From NCBI GenBank assembly GCA_965200245.1, contig CBDATS010000004.1, forward strand, positions 896,001 to 960,000: a stretch of DNA of 64,000 nucleotides, written 5' to 3'. Position 1 is the first letter of the stretch; each line of letters starts with the position of its first letter. The notes under the pieces were generated by a model that was not told where the DNA came from, made no database searches, and was given only the letters and a program-made list of their open reading frames with translations. This DNA comes from a bacterium (GTDB taxonomy: Bacteria > UBA8248). The position numbers and the translations under genes are program-made. Shown piece after piece: positions 1 to 10,249 of the stretch.

Positions 1-192
1 ACAGGTCGCGACCTCGCCCCTCGGGATCACAAAGACTTTCCGTCAAACGAAGGACCCCTGCCGGCTAGGCACAGGACATGTCCCTGCGTCACGTTTCGAG
101 TTCGCGATTCCGCAGGGATGACCACCCGCGTTTCGCCAACGGGCGAACCGTCTCTCTATCGAACCACACCGACTAAACGCCTGCGCCTTCTC

Positions 193-2505
193 CTAAAGCG
201 GACCGAAGTCGGGGGGGGGGATGCGGCGTTTCGAGGTCGCCTCGTAAGTCGAGGCGATTTGGAGCAGCACGTCCTCCCTGCCGGGTTCTGCGCGGAAAAC
301 AAGGGAAAACGGAAGGCCCGGCTCAGGGATGGTGGTGGCCTGATCGTTATGGGCGGAGACGAACCGCGTGTCGTCCTCGCTCAGTTCGAAAACGGGATCG
401 TATGTCGTGCGCACGTAGCCTGCCGGCACGAGCACTTCCGTGAGGCCTGCGTTCGGGCCGCTCTGTGATTCGGGTCGCGAGTTCAACAAGAGGCCAGGCT
501 GGGGGGCACCTCCTATAATAGCGGGCGGAAACGGCGTGTGCAGGCGCACGAGGGCGTCGAGATTGTTCTCCAGAATCACCATCATGTCTACGCGTCGCAA
601 AAGCTCGCGCAGCATGATGCGCTCGTTCACTCCCTGTCGGCTGCCGTGGGGGTTGCGCGGGTCTGAGACTTCCTCCCAGTTTTTGAAGGCGGCGCGGTGG
701 TCGTCGCCCCAGAATTTGGAACGTGCGTTCAACTCGGGAAATCCCGTGATGGTCTCGGTGAAGCCGCTTTCTTTCCAATCCTCCGCCCGGCGCGAGAGGT
801 ACTGGTGGATGTGGTAGCGAAACGTCATGGCGAGTTCCTGCTGTTGCACAGTGGCAAGGTCGAGGTTCACGGGCTGTTCGATCCTGCCCTCGCCCATGGC
901 GAGCATGTAGTCGATGGGCTGCATGTCACCCGAACCGAATACGACGCCCGGCGCGAACTCGGTGGGGACGATGGCCTCTGCGAATTCGGTGAAGAGCGGC
1001 TCGCCCTCGGGCGTTAGCCTGAACATGATGTCCGGCATGAAGACGGGAATGAGCCTTGCGAGCGCACGGCGGAAATCCGTCTTCATCGTTTCGACCTCGG
1101 GGGCGTCCGCCCAGAGCGGGTCAGTGGATTCCAGGAGTTTCGCGCCGAGATTTTTCCCCAAGACTTCCTCTATCTCTCTAGCAGCAGCGTTGACGATGGG
1201 TTCTTCTGATTTCGAACCCCTCGCATAGACCATCGACTCACGAATGACCCCGATGCGTACGCCCTTGAGCGCCCCCGCCTCGCCGCTCGTTTTTATGTGC
1301 GTCGCATAGGGCGTATCCAAAACGGAGGAACGCGGCACCGTCGTGAACGGATCGCGCGGGTCGTAGTAGCCGTTCACAGGGTCTTTCAAGGCGTCGAGTA
1401 CCTTGGCGCAATCTGCAAGTGATTTCGTGATGATGCCACTCCTGTCACAGTAGATGTCCGCCCCGATTGCGCCGCCGTCGAAGCCTAACATCGCCTTATG
1501 CGGGAGGATGAGCGCAACGGCGTTGTGGTTCGAAGGTCCCCTGCAGGAGGCCCTCGTCTCTTCGCCCAGGCTCGCCATCACCATGTTGGTGCTCACCGAA
1601 AGGGCGGAACCCGAACTCGACCCCAGGGAAGCCGCCCGCGTGGTGTCGTATGGGTTCGAGGGGTTTCCGCCCCAACTGCTCCGCTGGTAGCCCAGGACGG
1701 AGGGCAACACCTTTTCGGGCGCGTGCCGCCCGCCCGGGTCCCCTGCGCGCCCGTTGTATTCGGTGCTCACCGCCTTGGCGAAGATGATGGCGCCTTTGTT
1801 CCTCAACTGCTCGACGAGAATGTGGTCGCGCGCGGGAAAATCGATGTCGTAGGCGGCGTCGCCCCCGCCGGTGGAGCGCATGTCCTTGGTGTCGAAGGGG
1901 TCCTTGAAGGAGAAGGTGACACCGAACATCGGCATTTTTTCGAGGTCTGGCTCTGCGCCGTACTCAGCGTCCAGTTCCGCTGCGCGCTCCAGCGCGTCGG
2001 GGTAGTGGCGAAAGACCTCGCACATGGGTGGGGCGCCGGGCGGCAGCGGACCTTCGGAAGGATGCCTGTCGAAATCGCCCTTGCACGTTACGGAGCGCTC
2101 GCCCCGGATGTTCAGGGTGGCGAGGGCGTTCACTTGGCCCGCATTCGGGATGCCGACAATCATGCCGTATTGCTGCTGCACGCTGGGGTCGGACGCCGTA
2201 TCCTGCATGCGCCCGAACTCGAGCGGTGGCCCTGCGTATTTGTCCAGATCGGGCAGGACGTCCGCAGCCCGCACTGTCTCGGTCGGGAATTCGAGCGGCG
2301 TCCCGCCACGCATGGTCCCCCTGGTCTCGGAAATCGGCGCGCCGTCTTCGGTGACGAGCATGCTGGCGACCCCGTTGTAGGCGCGAACACGCTCAAGGTA
2401 GCGTTCCACGACTTGGGCGCATGTCGTGCGGCCTGCGCGAATCGCCGCGTGCATATCTTCGATGGACGCTTCTTCCAAGTGAAACACCCCGCTCTTGTCC
2501 TCCAT
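193..2505 (-). CDS. Amidase signature family protein (~770 aa, long variant)
   Basis: FHLEEASIEDMHAAI N-terminus, FSFKDPFDT (catalytic Lys), GSSSGSA and EETRASCRGP signature motifs; ATG at 2505 preceded by AAGGA. Confidence 0.85.
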   Translation of the reverse strand: MEDKSGVFHLEEASIEDMHAAIRAGRTTCAQVVERYLERVRAYNGVASMLVTEDGAPISETRGTMRGGTPLEFPTETVRAADVLPDLDKYAGPPLEFGRMQDTASDPSVQQQYGMIVGIPNAGQVNALATLNIRGERSVTCKGDFDRHPSEGPLPPGAPPMCEVFRHYPDALERAAELDAEYGAEPDLEKMPMFGVTFSFKDPFDTKDMRSTGGGDAAYDIDFPARDHILVEQLRNKGAIIFAKAVSTEYNGRAGDPGGRHAPEKVLPSVLGYQRSSWGGNPSNPYDTTRAASLGSSSGSALSVSTNMVMASLGEETRASCRGPSNHNAVALILPHKAMLGFDGGAIGADIYCDRSGIITKSLADCAKVLDALKDPVNGYYDPRDPFTTVPRSSVLDTPYATHIKTSGEAGALKGVRIGVIRESMVYARGSKSEEPIVNAAAREIEEVLGKNLGAKLLESTDPLWADAPEVETMKTDFRRALARLIPVFMPDIMFRLTPEGEPLFTEFAEAIVPTEFAPGVVFGSGDMQPIDYMLAMGEGRIEQPVNLDLATVQQQELAMTFRYHIHQYLSRRAEDWKESGFTETITGFPELNARSKFWGDDHRAAFKNWEEVSDPRNPHGSRQGVNERIMLRELLRRVDMMVILENNLDALVRLHTPFPPAIIGGAPQPGLLLNSRPESQSGPNAGLTEVLVPAGYVRTTYDPVFELSEDDTRFVSAHNDQATTIPEPGLPFSLVFRAEPGREDVLLQIASTYEATSKRRIPPPDFGPL

Positions 2506-2791
2506 GACGCATCCTTTCGCTTGAGTCTTTTCTCGGCTCACCTCTCTCGGGAGAGGGAGCAACATCAGGTTTCAGACGATTCGGGAATACTATGGGCGAA
2601 GCCCGATTTTCGCAATGGAGGAGGGGGATGAATTCCGAAGATTCTCGCATTCGGCAAAGGAGCGAAGTTCTTTCATACGATTCAGATAAGACAGATAAAA
2701 GTTTCTGGTTTTCATTACTTTCTCTATAGTGTTGAATTTGTTTAGCGGGGCGTGCTCTTCGCTCCTCGCCCAGTCAGGTATATGAAATAGG

Positions 2792-3889
2792 TCAGTTGAT
2801 GGCCTTTGTCCATTCAAGACGCCGTTTCAGCTTGTTGAGAGAATGCCTCCATGGCAGACGACCTTCATGCTGAAGTCTGCCGACCACTATGCTTGGGGCA
2901 ACATCTTGCTCCTGCGCAAATTGACGGATTGACAGGCCATCTCGGGGTTCCCCCTCGACGAACCGCTTCCAATGACCGCTCGGAATCAGGAAATTCGCAG
3001 CCCACTGGTTCGCTCGCGCTTCACATTCACCGACATCATTTTCTTTTGAATCGATGAAAACATCTTTCTTGCTATCCAACAAAATGTGTGCGGCTTCATG
3101 AAACAAGGTGAACCAGAGATGATCATCCGTCTTGTGGCGGGCGCTCAAGGCGATCACCGCCTTTTGGCTCGACAGCCACCATGCCGCGCCGCTGATGGCG
3201 GTCCTCGGCAGGGGTGGAATCAAGGCCAGGACAACACCTGACTCGTTACAATATTCGCCCGCCTTGCGGATCGCTTCGTCGAACGGCTTGCGTGTGAGTG
3301 CACGAATTTCCCCGAGAGACCTTTTGAAGCACGCCTCGTTAAAATCCGCGCAAGTTTGCCGTTCGGCTTCAAGCTCGCTCAGTCTGCGCCAAGTCGCCAA
3401 AGCGCATTCGTCGCTATCGAAACTCGGAGAATGTCGGTAGTTGACGCTTTCCGCTCCATACTTGACATCCCAGGCCGCGACCGATCCGACACCAAAAAAG
3501 GCGAGTAGGCCAGACACTCCAGCGGCGATTGAGGACGGCCTATCCATCACCCCGCGCTTGACCAGCACATTTATGGGAAAGCGTTTCGCCCACGAGTCGA
3601 ATTTTGCCGCTTGTTTTATTTCGGTTTTTTTCGCCCGCTGTAGCCTGTAGTCGGATTCCAGTCCAAGCCAGATATGGGCGGCGACTCCCGTCACCTTCTC
3701 GAATTGAAGAGCCGTCTGCGGCTCCACCGGAGCCTTTCCCGCGACTATCTCGCTGATGAGTTTGGGTGAACGACCACACCGGCGAGCGAAATCAGCATAC
3801 GACATGTCATGCGCCTCCAGGCGTTCCGCAAGAATCGTTCCGGGTGCGACTGCGTAGTCCGGTTGGTACGCATGGGCTGTTCCACTCAT
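2792..3889 (-). CDS. higA: HigA-type HTH antitoxin fused to ImmA/IrrE metallopeptidase domain
   Basis: YQPDYAVAPG..L.E.LE HTH start, HIWLGLESDY, DDHLWFTLFHEAAH (HExxH); ATG 3889 with GAGGTG RBS; directly downstream of toxin gene. Confidence 0.85.
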   Translation of the reverse strand: MSGTAHAYQPDYAVAPGTILAERLEAHDMSYADFARRCGRSPKLISEIVAGKAPVEPQTALQFEKVTGVAAHIWLGLESDYRLQRAKKTEIKQAAKFDSWAKRFPINVLVKRGVMDRPSSIAAGVSGLLAFFGVGSVAAWDVKYGAESVNYRHSPSFDSDECALATWRRLSELEAERQTCADFNEACFKRSLGEIRALTRKPFDEAIRKAGEYCNESGVVLALIPPLPRTAISGAAWWLSSQKAVIALSARHKTDDHLWFTLFHEAAHILLDSKKDVFIDSKENDVGECEARANQWAANFLIPSGHWKRFVEGEPRDGLSIRQFAQEQDVAPSIVVGRLQHEGRLPWRHSLNKLKRRLEWTKAIN

Positions 3890-3902
3890 GTACTTCACCT
3901 CC

Positions 3903-4238
3903 TCAATGATAGTCGACGACATCGACAATGATAATCGAGGTGACTTCGGCCGGGTCGATACCGCCGTCATCCTTACTGGGAACCGGATCGTGGTTCGGCT
4001 TGAAGACGAGCCTTTGGGCATGAACGAGATCGACCGCGTATTGCCCTTCGCGATCAGCCTTCAGGGGATGGCACCGCTCCGGCGGCGTCGACGGCACGTC
4101 CGCCAGCGTCCGGGCGTTTTTCAAAACCGCAAGACACGACATCAACTTCTCCGCCATCCGTTTGCCATACGTCTTTTGAAGTTCGCTCTCTGCGTTGCAG
4201 GTCTTTGCAAGTTTTCTGGTTCGGAAAACGATTTCCAC
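3903..4238 (-). CDS. higB: HigB/RelE-like toxin (killer-suppression family)
   Basis: MEIVFRTRKLAK...PPERCHPLKADREGQYAVDL...RLVFKP...VVDYH, typical of this family. Confidence 0.85.
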   Translation of the reverse strand: MEIVFRTRKLAKTCNAESELQKTYGKRMAEKLMSCLAVLKNARTLADVPSTPPERCHPLKADREGQYAVDLVHAQRLVFKPNHDPVPSKDDGGIDPAEVTSIIIVDVVDYH

Positions 4239-4282
4239 TTCATTGTCATTATGGGCAATAATGAGAGATTCCTCTTATTTCG

Positions 4283-4325
4283 TTACCTATTCGGTAATAA
4301 TACAGAGGAAAATGCAGACCGTCAA
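4283..4325 (-). promoter_or_regulatory. sigma70 promoter with operator palindrome for higBA
   Basis: Minus strand TTGACG-17 bp-TATTAT; inverted repeat TTACC-N5-GGTAA (4283-4297) abutting the -10. Confidence 0.7.
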
Positions 4326-4697
4326 GTACGGGAAGTCGCTCATATTCGCATCATGTGGGCCGGGTTAGCCTTTCGCACTTTCGCTTGAGTCGAAATGATA
4401 GAGTAATGTTCCAGATATGAGTATCCCGCACGAATATTCAGGCCAAAAAGTTTTTCGCCGGCCCCGCATTTGCTCACATAGCGGAGGCAGTTCCTCCCGC
4501 TCCTGTTGCAATTGGCACCTCGCCATGACGGCGCCGGCGGCACTGTGGTATAATTTCTATCTCGAAAACAACTGAGCGAGGAAGCACGAAATTCGAAGAA
4601 CTCATGGATTGCAAAATCCGTTCTCTCGATTTTTTCGCGCCATCTCCCAAAACAGAAGTGCACGACAGCTTTTGATTTCGCATAAGGAGAACGTCTC

Positions 4698-5882
4698 ATG
4701 GCAAAAACCGCACAAGCCGTCCGCAAGGAACCGTGGTTCGCGTATTTTCCCAATGACTACCGCTGGTCCGCTGGCGTAAGCATCGCCTATTCTACATCCT
4801 TTTGGGGCTCGTCCACGATGGGTGAAGTCGACAGGGTCTGCCGCAAACTCAAGGGGAAAGAGGGAGACGACGACGCCTGGTTCGATGAATGGGTGAGCGA
4901 GGCTGACAGGATGCGCTCGCTTGGCATGGCCGCAGCCCGGAAGAAGAATTCGCTTTCCGCCGCCGCCTTCTTCAAACGGGCGTGTTTCTATTATCAACTC
5001 GGCGAGCGTTTCAGAACACCAAAGGACAAGGCGGCGAACGCTGTGTACCGCAAATCGCTCGATTCCTTTAAGCGCTTCGCCGCGCTTACGGACGCGCCTC
5101 GCATCGAACACGTGGAAATTCCCTTCGAAGGAAAAAAGACGCTGCCCGGCATCCTGGTTCACGCGCAGAATACAAGAAAGAGAAAACCTCCCGTAGTTGT
5201 CTCCTTCGATGGCTTCGACGTCTCGAAAGAGATCCAGTACATCATGGGTGCCGAAGACCTCGCACGACGCGGGATGAGCGTGCTTGCCGTGGACGCGCCC
5301 GGAAACGGGGAGGCCATTCGCTCCAGAAAGCTCTTTCTGCGCCACGACCATGAGGTCGCGGGAGGGGCGGCGCTCGATTATCTCGAGACGAGAAACGACG
5401 TGGACGCGAAACGCGCAGGCGTCATGGCGATCAGCCTCGGCGGATACTACGCACCCAGAAACGCCAGCATGGAGCACCGCTTCAAGGCATGCGTGGCCTG
5501 GGGAGCGATTTGGGATTACCAGAAGGTATGGCGCGACAGAATCGCTGCCACTTACACGACGGCTCTCTCCGTTCCCGGGCATCACCTGATGTGGATATTC
5601 AACCTGGACTCCACCGAGGAGTGCCTCGAAATGCTTGAGGACTTCAAGCTCGACGGCGTGGTCCAGCACATGCGCTGCCCGTTTCTTCTGATTCACGGGG
5701 AAGGCGATCAGCAGATTTCTGTTGAGGACGCAAAAAAACTCTTCAAGGCCTCGGGGTCGAAGGACAAGACCTTCCGTGTGGTCAAGGGAGTCGAAACCGG
5801 CGCCCAGCACTGTCAAATGGACAATGTGCCCCCTTACGCGCACGAAATTTTCGATTGGCTCAAACTGAAGCTTGGAGCGTAG
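4698..5882 (+). CDS. Alpha/beta hydrolase, 2,6-dihydropseudooxynicotine hydrolase/FrsA-like
   Basis: IEHVEIPFEG, GFDVSKE, nucleophile elbow AISLGG, C-terminal GAQHCQ; AAGGAG RBS. Confidence 0.8.
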   Translation: MAKTAQAVRKEPWFAYFPNDYRWSAGVSIAYSTSFWGSSTMGEVDRVCRKLKGKEGDDDAWFDEWVSEADRMRSLGMAAARKKNSLSAAAFFKRACFYYQLGERFRTPKDKAANAVYRKSLDSFKRFAALTDAPRIEHVEIPFEGKKTLPGILVHAQNTRKRKPPVVVSFDGFDVSKEIQYIMGAEDLARRGMSVLAVDAPGNGEAIRSRKLFLRHDHEVAGGAALDYLETRNDVDAKRAGVMAISLGGYYAPRNASMEHRFKACVAWGAIWDYQKVWRDRIAATYTTALSVPGHHLMWIFNLDSTEECLEMLEDFKLDGVVQHMRCPFLLIHGEGDQQISVEDAKKLFKASGSKDKTFRVVKGVETGAQHCQMDNVPPYAHEIFDWLKLKLGA

Positions 5883-5898
5883 GGAGGCCGGGCGCGGA

Positions 5899-6196
5899 CT
5901 CTCTAGTGGACAGAAGCAACGCCTGCTCGTCGCGCGTGTGCTGCCTGAACCAACCGCGAATCCTGATGCTTGACGAGACCACCGTATCTCTGGACAACCG
6001 CACGCAGGCCATTGCTCAGGAGTCACTCGGCAAACCAAACATCTCGCGTCTGGCAATCGTCCATCGGGTGAGTACCGTTCGCGAGGTCGCACGAACCTGC
6101 GTGCTGGAGAAAGGCCGCTCCGTCGACAGCAGTAACTACAACGAACCCATGGCCAGGGACAGGGCGTTTGCGAACCTTGCGAAACACCAGTTGATG
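5899..6196 (+). pseudogene. C-terminal remnant of an ABC exporter ATPase (NHLP bacteriocin exporter-like)
   Basis: LSSGQKQRLLVAR in one frame, then PRILMLDETTVSLDNRTQAI...AIVHRVSTVR..VLEKGR..FANLAKHQL in another; no N-terminus. Confidence 0.7.
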
Positions 6197-6300
6197 CAAG
6201 CGGCACGGTTGGTGATTACAATGAAAGTGCGGGCGGACGTCGAGCTGGACGTCGCCTGAGCCAATGGATAGATTCAATAATCAAGGGGGGCCTACTCCAC

Positions 6301-7086
6301 ATGAACTACGAGAACGTGCGCACCGAGATGGACGGTGAATTATTGATCGTCACGCTGCACTGGCCCGAGCGACGAAACGCCATGACTCACCAGATGCGAG
6401 CCGACCTGCTGGACTGCGCCCGTCGCGCCGAAACCGACGACGCAGTGAAGGCCATCGTCTTCACCGGACATGGGGACAAGTCGTTTTGCGCAGGCACCAA
6501 CATCCCTGAACTCGAGCAACGCACCCTGGTCTCGGAATTGGGGCCCTCGGCGACGCTTCGCAAGGAACTGCCAACCGCCATCGAGCGTCTGGGCAAACCG
6601 ACCGTCGCCGCGATAAACGGCTATTGCTTCGGAGCAGGGTTGGAATTCGCGATGGGCTGCACTATCCGAATCGCGAGCGAGAACGCACAACTCGCGCAGC
6701 CGGAGATCAATCTGGGCCAGATACCAGGCAGCGGCGGCACCCAGCGCCTCTATCGTTTCGTGGGGCTGGGCTGGGCCATGCAGATGGTGCTCACAGGGCA
6801 GCGCGTCGACGCCGAGACTGCACGCGCGATCGGCTTGGTCACCGAAGTTCTGCCTCTGGCCGACCTCATGCCCCGAGCGAAGGAACTGGCGCGCAAGCTG
6901 GGGGCGCAATCTCCATTGGCCTTCGTTGCCGGTCGCGACGCCGTATTGCGTTCTACGGAAACCGAACTTCTGGCGGGTATCGACTATGAGCGAAAGCTCT
7001 ACGCCATCTGCATGGCGACCGAGGACAGCCGCGAGGCCTTGAGAGCCTATGACGAAAAGCGCGCTCCCCGGTACAAGGGCCGTTAA
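6301..7086 (+). CDS. Enoyl-CoA hydratase/isomerase
   Basis: SFCAGTNI, AINGYCFGAGLE, QPEINLGQIPGSGGTQRL. Confidence 0.9.
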   Translation: MNYENVRTEMDGELLIVTLHWPERRNAMTHQMRADLLDCARRAETDDAVKAIVFTGHGDKSFCAGTNIPELEQRTLVSELGPSATLRKELPTAIERLGKPTVAAINGYCFGAGLEFAMGCTIRIASENAQLAQPEINLGQIPGSGGTQRLYRFVGLGWAMQMVLTGQRVDAETARAIGLVTEVLPLADLMPRAKELARKLGAQSPLAFVAGRDAVLRSTETELLAGIDYERKLYAICMATEDSREALRAYDEKRAPRYKGR

Positions 7087-7101
7087 TCCCGGAAATCGTG
7101 C

Positions 7102-8748
7102 ATGAAGCCTTTTCTTCTGGATCAGGAAAAAATCGAGGCCTATCTCGCCGACGGATATTGGACGCGCGAGACCATGGTGGAACGTTACGCTGCGTATGCG
7201 CACGATATACCAGAGAAAATCGCCTGCCGCGACGCACAAGAAGAAATCTCCTGGCGGGAACTGGATGAAATTACGGACCGTATCGCTGCAAACCTGATCG
7301 CACGGGGAATCGAGCGCGACGCCCGCGCCCTGGTACAGATGGCCTCATCGAACCGCGAGATGATCTTGCGCATCGCGCTCAGGAAAGCGGGCGTCATCGG
7401 ATGTTTTGCGCCCATGCAGTGGCGGCGCAGGGAACTCGGCTACGCCTTGCGGGAACTCACCCCGAGCGTTATCTTCACCTCGCCGGAATCGGGTGACGAC
7501 ATGTCGGCTGACTGGCTGGATGAAGCGATTGACGGAACTCCGCAAACACTCCTTGTCGAGCTTTCGGGAAAATCTGCAGCAGGCTGGCTGTCCTGGGCCG
7601 AATTGGCTGAATACCCACATGACGTTGGCGCAATCGAAGAGATCGCTTCCCGGCGTTTCCGCTTCGATGAAATTTCCCTCGTCACGGTATCGAGTGGATC
7701 GAGCGGACTCTCGAAACTGTGTGAATGGCCCGAGGGGGCGCAGATGTGTCTGGGCCGCGCCATCACGCGGCGATTGGCCCTGAGGGCGGAGGACAATATC
7801 GGCGTGTTCGCGCCGATGGCAGGGGGCGCGGGTCTTCTGGTCTGGGTGTCGTCGGGCGAGACACCCTGTACTTTCACCTTTCCCGACACATACAACGCGC
7901 GCGCCTTGCTGGCGCTCATCGAGAGTGCAAGAATCACGGTGGCGACGACGGTGCCCGTCATCCTGAATCGCCTAGCGCAGGAAGATCTGGGCTCTTTTGA
8001 CCTGCGTTCCCTGCGCGCCATACGAATCGGTACCGCTGCGGCGGATCTAAAAGCGGCGCGCCGCTTCGAGCATCTCACCGGCTGCCGCGTCGTGCTCGCC
8101 GCGGGCAGTATGGAAACCCCCGGCTTCGCGCACGCCGATGTGGACGATCCCGCCGCGCTCAGGCTCAATGGAAGCATCGGCCCCCCGCACCGGGGATGCC
8201 GCTGGCGAATCGAGGATGAGGACGGAAACGCGTTGCCTCAGGGAAGTATCGGCCATTTCAGGCTCTCGGCACCTTACGCTTCTTCGGGCTACTGGAAGAA
8301 CCCGGAAGCCACACGAGCGGTCTGGTCGGAAGGCTGGAACGCGACCGGCGACATCGCGACCATCGACGAGGACGGGCACTTGAGGTTGCTGGGTCGCAGC
8401 AGGGAAGTCATAAACCGCAGCGGTCAGAAAATACTGCCGAGCGAGGTCGAATATGAGATCGCAAGACACCCCGCCGTCTTCGAGTGCGCCGTGATAGCAG
8501 CGCCCGACCCTGAATACGGCGAGACACCCTGGGCATTCGTCCAGTTCCATGATGGCAGGAACCCTGACGCAGAAGGTCTGGCCGACGCGCTCAGGGCAAG
8601 CGGCCTCGCCACCTACAAGGTACCGACGCGTTTTATCGAACTGAGCGAATTCCCCCGCGTTGCGAGTGACAAAATCGACAAGAAAGCGCTGCTGCGAATG
8701 GCGTTGGCTCAACAGGAACCACGAAACCGGGACGAAGGGAGAATCTAG
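7102..8748 (+). CDS. Class I adenylate-forming enzyme (acyl/aryl-CoA ligase)
   Basis: GYWTRET start, variant P-loop SSGSSGLSK, ATGD, GR.REVINRSGQKI, KIDKK. Confidence 0.85.
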   Translation: MKPFLLDQEKIEAYLADGYWTRETMVERYAAYAHDIPEKIACRDAQEEISWRELDEITDRIAANLIARGIERDARALVQMASSNREMILRIALRKAGVIGCFAPMQWRRRELGYALRELTPSVIFTSPESGDDMSADWLDEAIDGTPQTLLVELSGKSAAGWLSWAELAEYPHDVGAIEEIASRRFRFDEISLVTVSSGSSGLSKLCEWPEGAQMCLGRAITRRLALRAEDNIGVFAPMAGGAGLLVWVSSGETPCTFTFPDTYNARALLALIESARITVATTVPVILNRLAQEDLGSFDLRSLRAIRIGTAAADLKAARRFEHLTGCRVVLAAGSMETPGFAHADVDDPAALRLNGSIGPPHRGCRWRIEDEDGNALPQGSIGHFRLSAPYASSGYWKNPEATRAVWSEGWNATGDIATIDEDGHLRLLGRSREVINRSGQKILPSEVEYEIARHPAVFECAVIAAPDPEYGETPWAFVQFHDGRNPDAEGLADALRASGLATYKVPTRFIELSEFPRVASDKIDKKALLRMALAQQEPRNRDEGRI

Positions 8749-8751
8749 ACC

Positions 8752-9549
8752 ATGGGACACGGCGAATATCTGCACGGCGCAAGTTTCGACGGCTTTACGG
8801 TCGAGATAGACACGGAACAACAGCGCGGCGACATCATTCTCGACCGCGGCGAGATGAACACGATCAGCATGGGCCAGCGCGAAGAGTTGCGCGCCGCCTT
8901 CGAGAGCCTCGACAGAGACGAGCGGGTACGCGTAATCGTGCTGCGCGCCTTGGGGTCCAATTTCTCATCGGGTGGATTCATTCGCGGCTTTATGGAGGCT
9001 TCGCCCGAGCACGTCTCGAACCTGGCCGACAACATCGCCGCACCCACGCGCTGTGCAAAGCCGACCATCGCTGCAAATCGCGGCTATTGTTTCGGTGTGG
9101 GCTTCGAAATCTCGCTCGCATGCGATTTCCGGATTACGTCGGAGACAACCCTCTATGCCCTGCCCGAACAGCGCCTGGGGCAGATACCGGGTTCGGGCGG
9201 GTCGGCGCGCCTGCAGAAGATGATCGGCATTGCGCGGACGAAACACATCGTCATGCGCTCGAAGCGCATTACCGGCAAACAGGCCTATGAATGGGGTATT
9301 GTCACCGAGGTCGTGCCGGACGGGGAACTGGAACAGGCTACCGATGCCCTCGTGGCGGAACTTTGTCAATTTGCTCCGCTCGCGCAACGCACAGCCAAGC
9401 GCCTGCTCAACGAGACTGAAGACACCTTCCTGTCCTTGGGGATACAACTCGAGGGGCATTGCTACTCGCGGCTTCGCCAGTCGGATGATTTCAAAGAGGG
9501 CGTGGAAGCTTTTCACGAAAAACGAAAACCCGATTTCAAGGGCAGTTAA
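8752..9549 (+). CDS. hmfE: Crotonase-family protein, 2-oxoglutaroyl-CoA hydrolase (HmfE)-like
   Basis: DGFTVEID..RGDIILDR, EASPEHVS.LA.NIAAP.RC.KP.IAANRGYCFGVGFE, LEGHCYSRLRQSDDF match my recollection of the HmfE subfamily. Confidence 0.65.
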   Translation: MGHGEYLHGASFDGFTVEIDTEQQRGDIILDRGEMNTISMGQREELRAAFESLDRDERVRVIVLRALGSNFSSGGFIRGFMEASPEHVSNLADNIAAPTRCAKPTIAANRGYCFGVGFEISLACDFRITSETTLYALPEQRLGQIPGSGGSARLQKMIGIARTKHIVMRSKRITGKQAYEWGIVTEVVPDGELEQATDALVAELCQFAPLAQRTAKRLLNETEDTFLSLGIQLEGHCYSRLRQSDDFKEGVEAFHEKRKPDFKGS

Positions 9550-9749
9550 GTCAGGAGACGCACGGCAATTCAGTTGCCCCCCTCGTTTCTTTTTACGCCG
9601 GGTTCCCCTTCCGGGCGCTGTTTCATACTGCGTCGGATTTTTGTGTTATACTCACTTTACATCTCGCACATGAAATTTCCTTTACGGGCGCCATCCCGAA
9701 AGACGGTTGGCCCACAGGGTTTTCTCAAGACCGATGGGGGGAGATATTC

Positions 9750-10220
9750 ATGATAGGTCCCATGCACCATTCCAGCAGAACGGTTTCAGACATCGAAAGG
9801 TCCGTCGATTTCTACCGCGACATCCTGGGTTTTGAAGTGGTGGAAGATATTTCCTCCAAAGAGGAAGGAATCCAATACGCCTCGACCACACCCGGAAGTC
9901 ATCTTCGGATTGTCATGCTTCAGGCGGGAGGCGCGGTCGTGGAACTCATCCAGTTCCTGGAGGAAGAGGGAAAGCCCTACGACAACCCGCCGGCGCTGAA
10001 CGACGTGGGCAGCAGCCACATCGCTTTCGAACCCGAAGACATGGATGCCGCCTATGAGGAGTTGGTGGCCAGGGGCGTGAGGTTCGCCACACCTCCTCAA
10101 GTGACGTGGCGCGGTGACGGGCGTTACTGGCGAGCCGCCATTTTCTACGATCCGGACGGCTTCGATCTCGCCCTGTTCAAAATGTATGAGGGTGAACTCG
10201 CCGAGGCAGTCTCCGGCTGA
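9750..10220 (+). CDS. VOC (glyoxalase-like) family protein
   Basis: HHSSRTVSDIERS.DFY, VELIQF, GSSHIAF, FYDPDG. Confidence 0.85.
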   Translation: MIGPMHHSSRTVSDIERSVDFYRDILGFEVVEDISSKEEGIQYASTTPGSHLRIVMLQAGGAVVELIQFLEEEGKPYDNPPALNDVGSSHIAFEPEDMDAAYEELVARGVRFATPPQVTWRGDGRYWRAAIFYDPDGFDLALFKMYEGELAEAVSG

Positions 10221-10249
10221 GTTCGTAACTTCATGGAGGAAACGACGTC

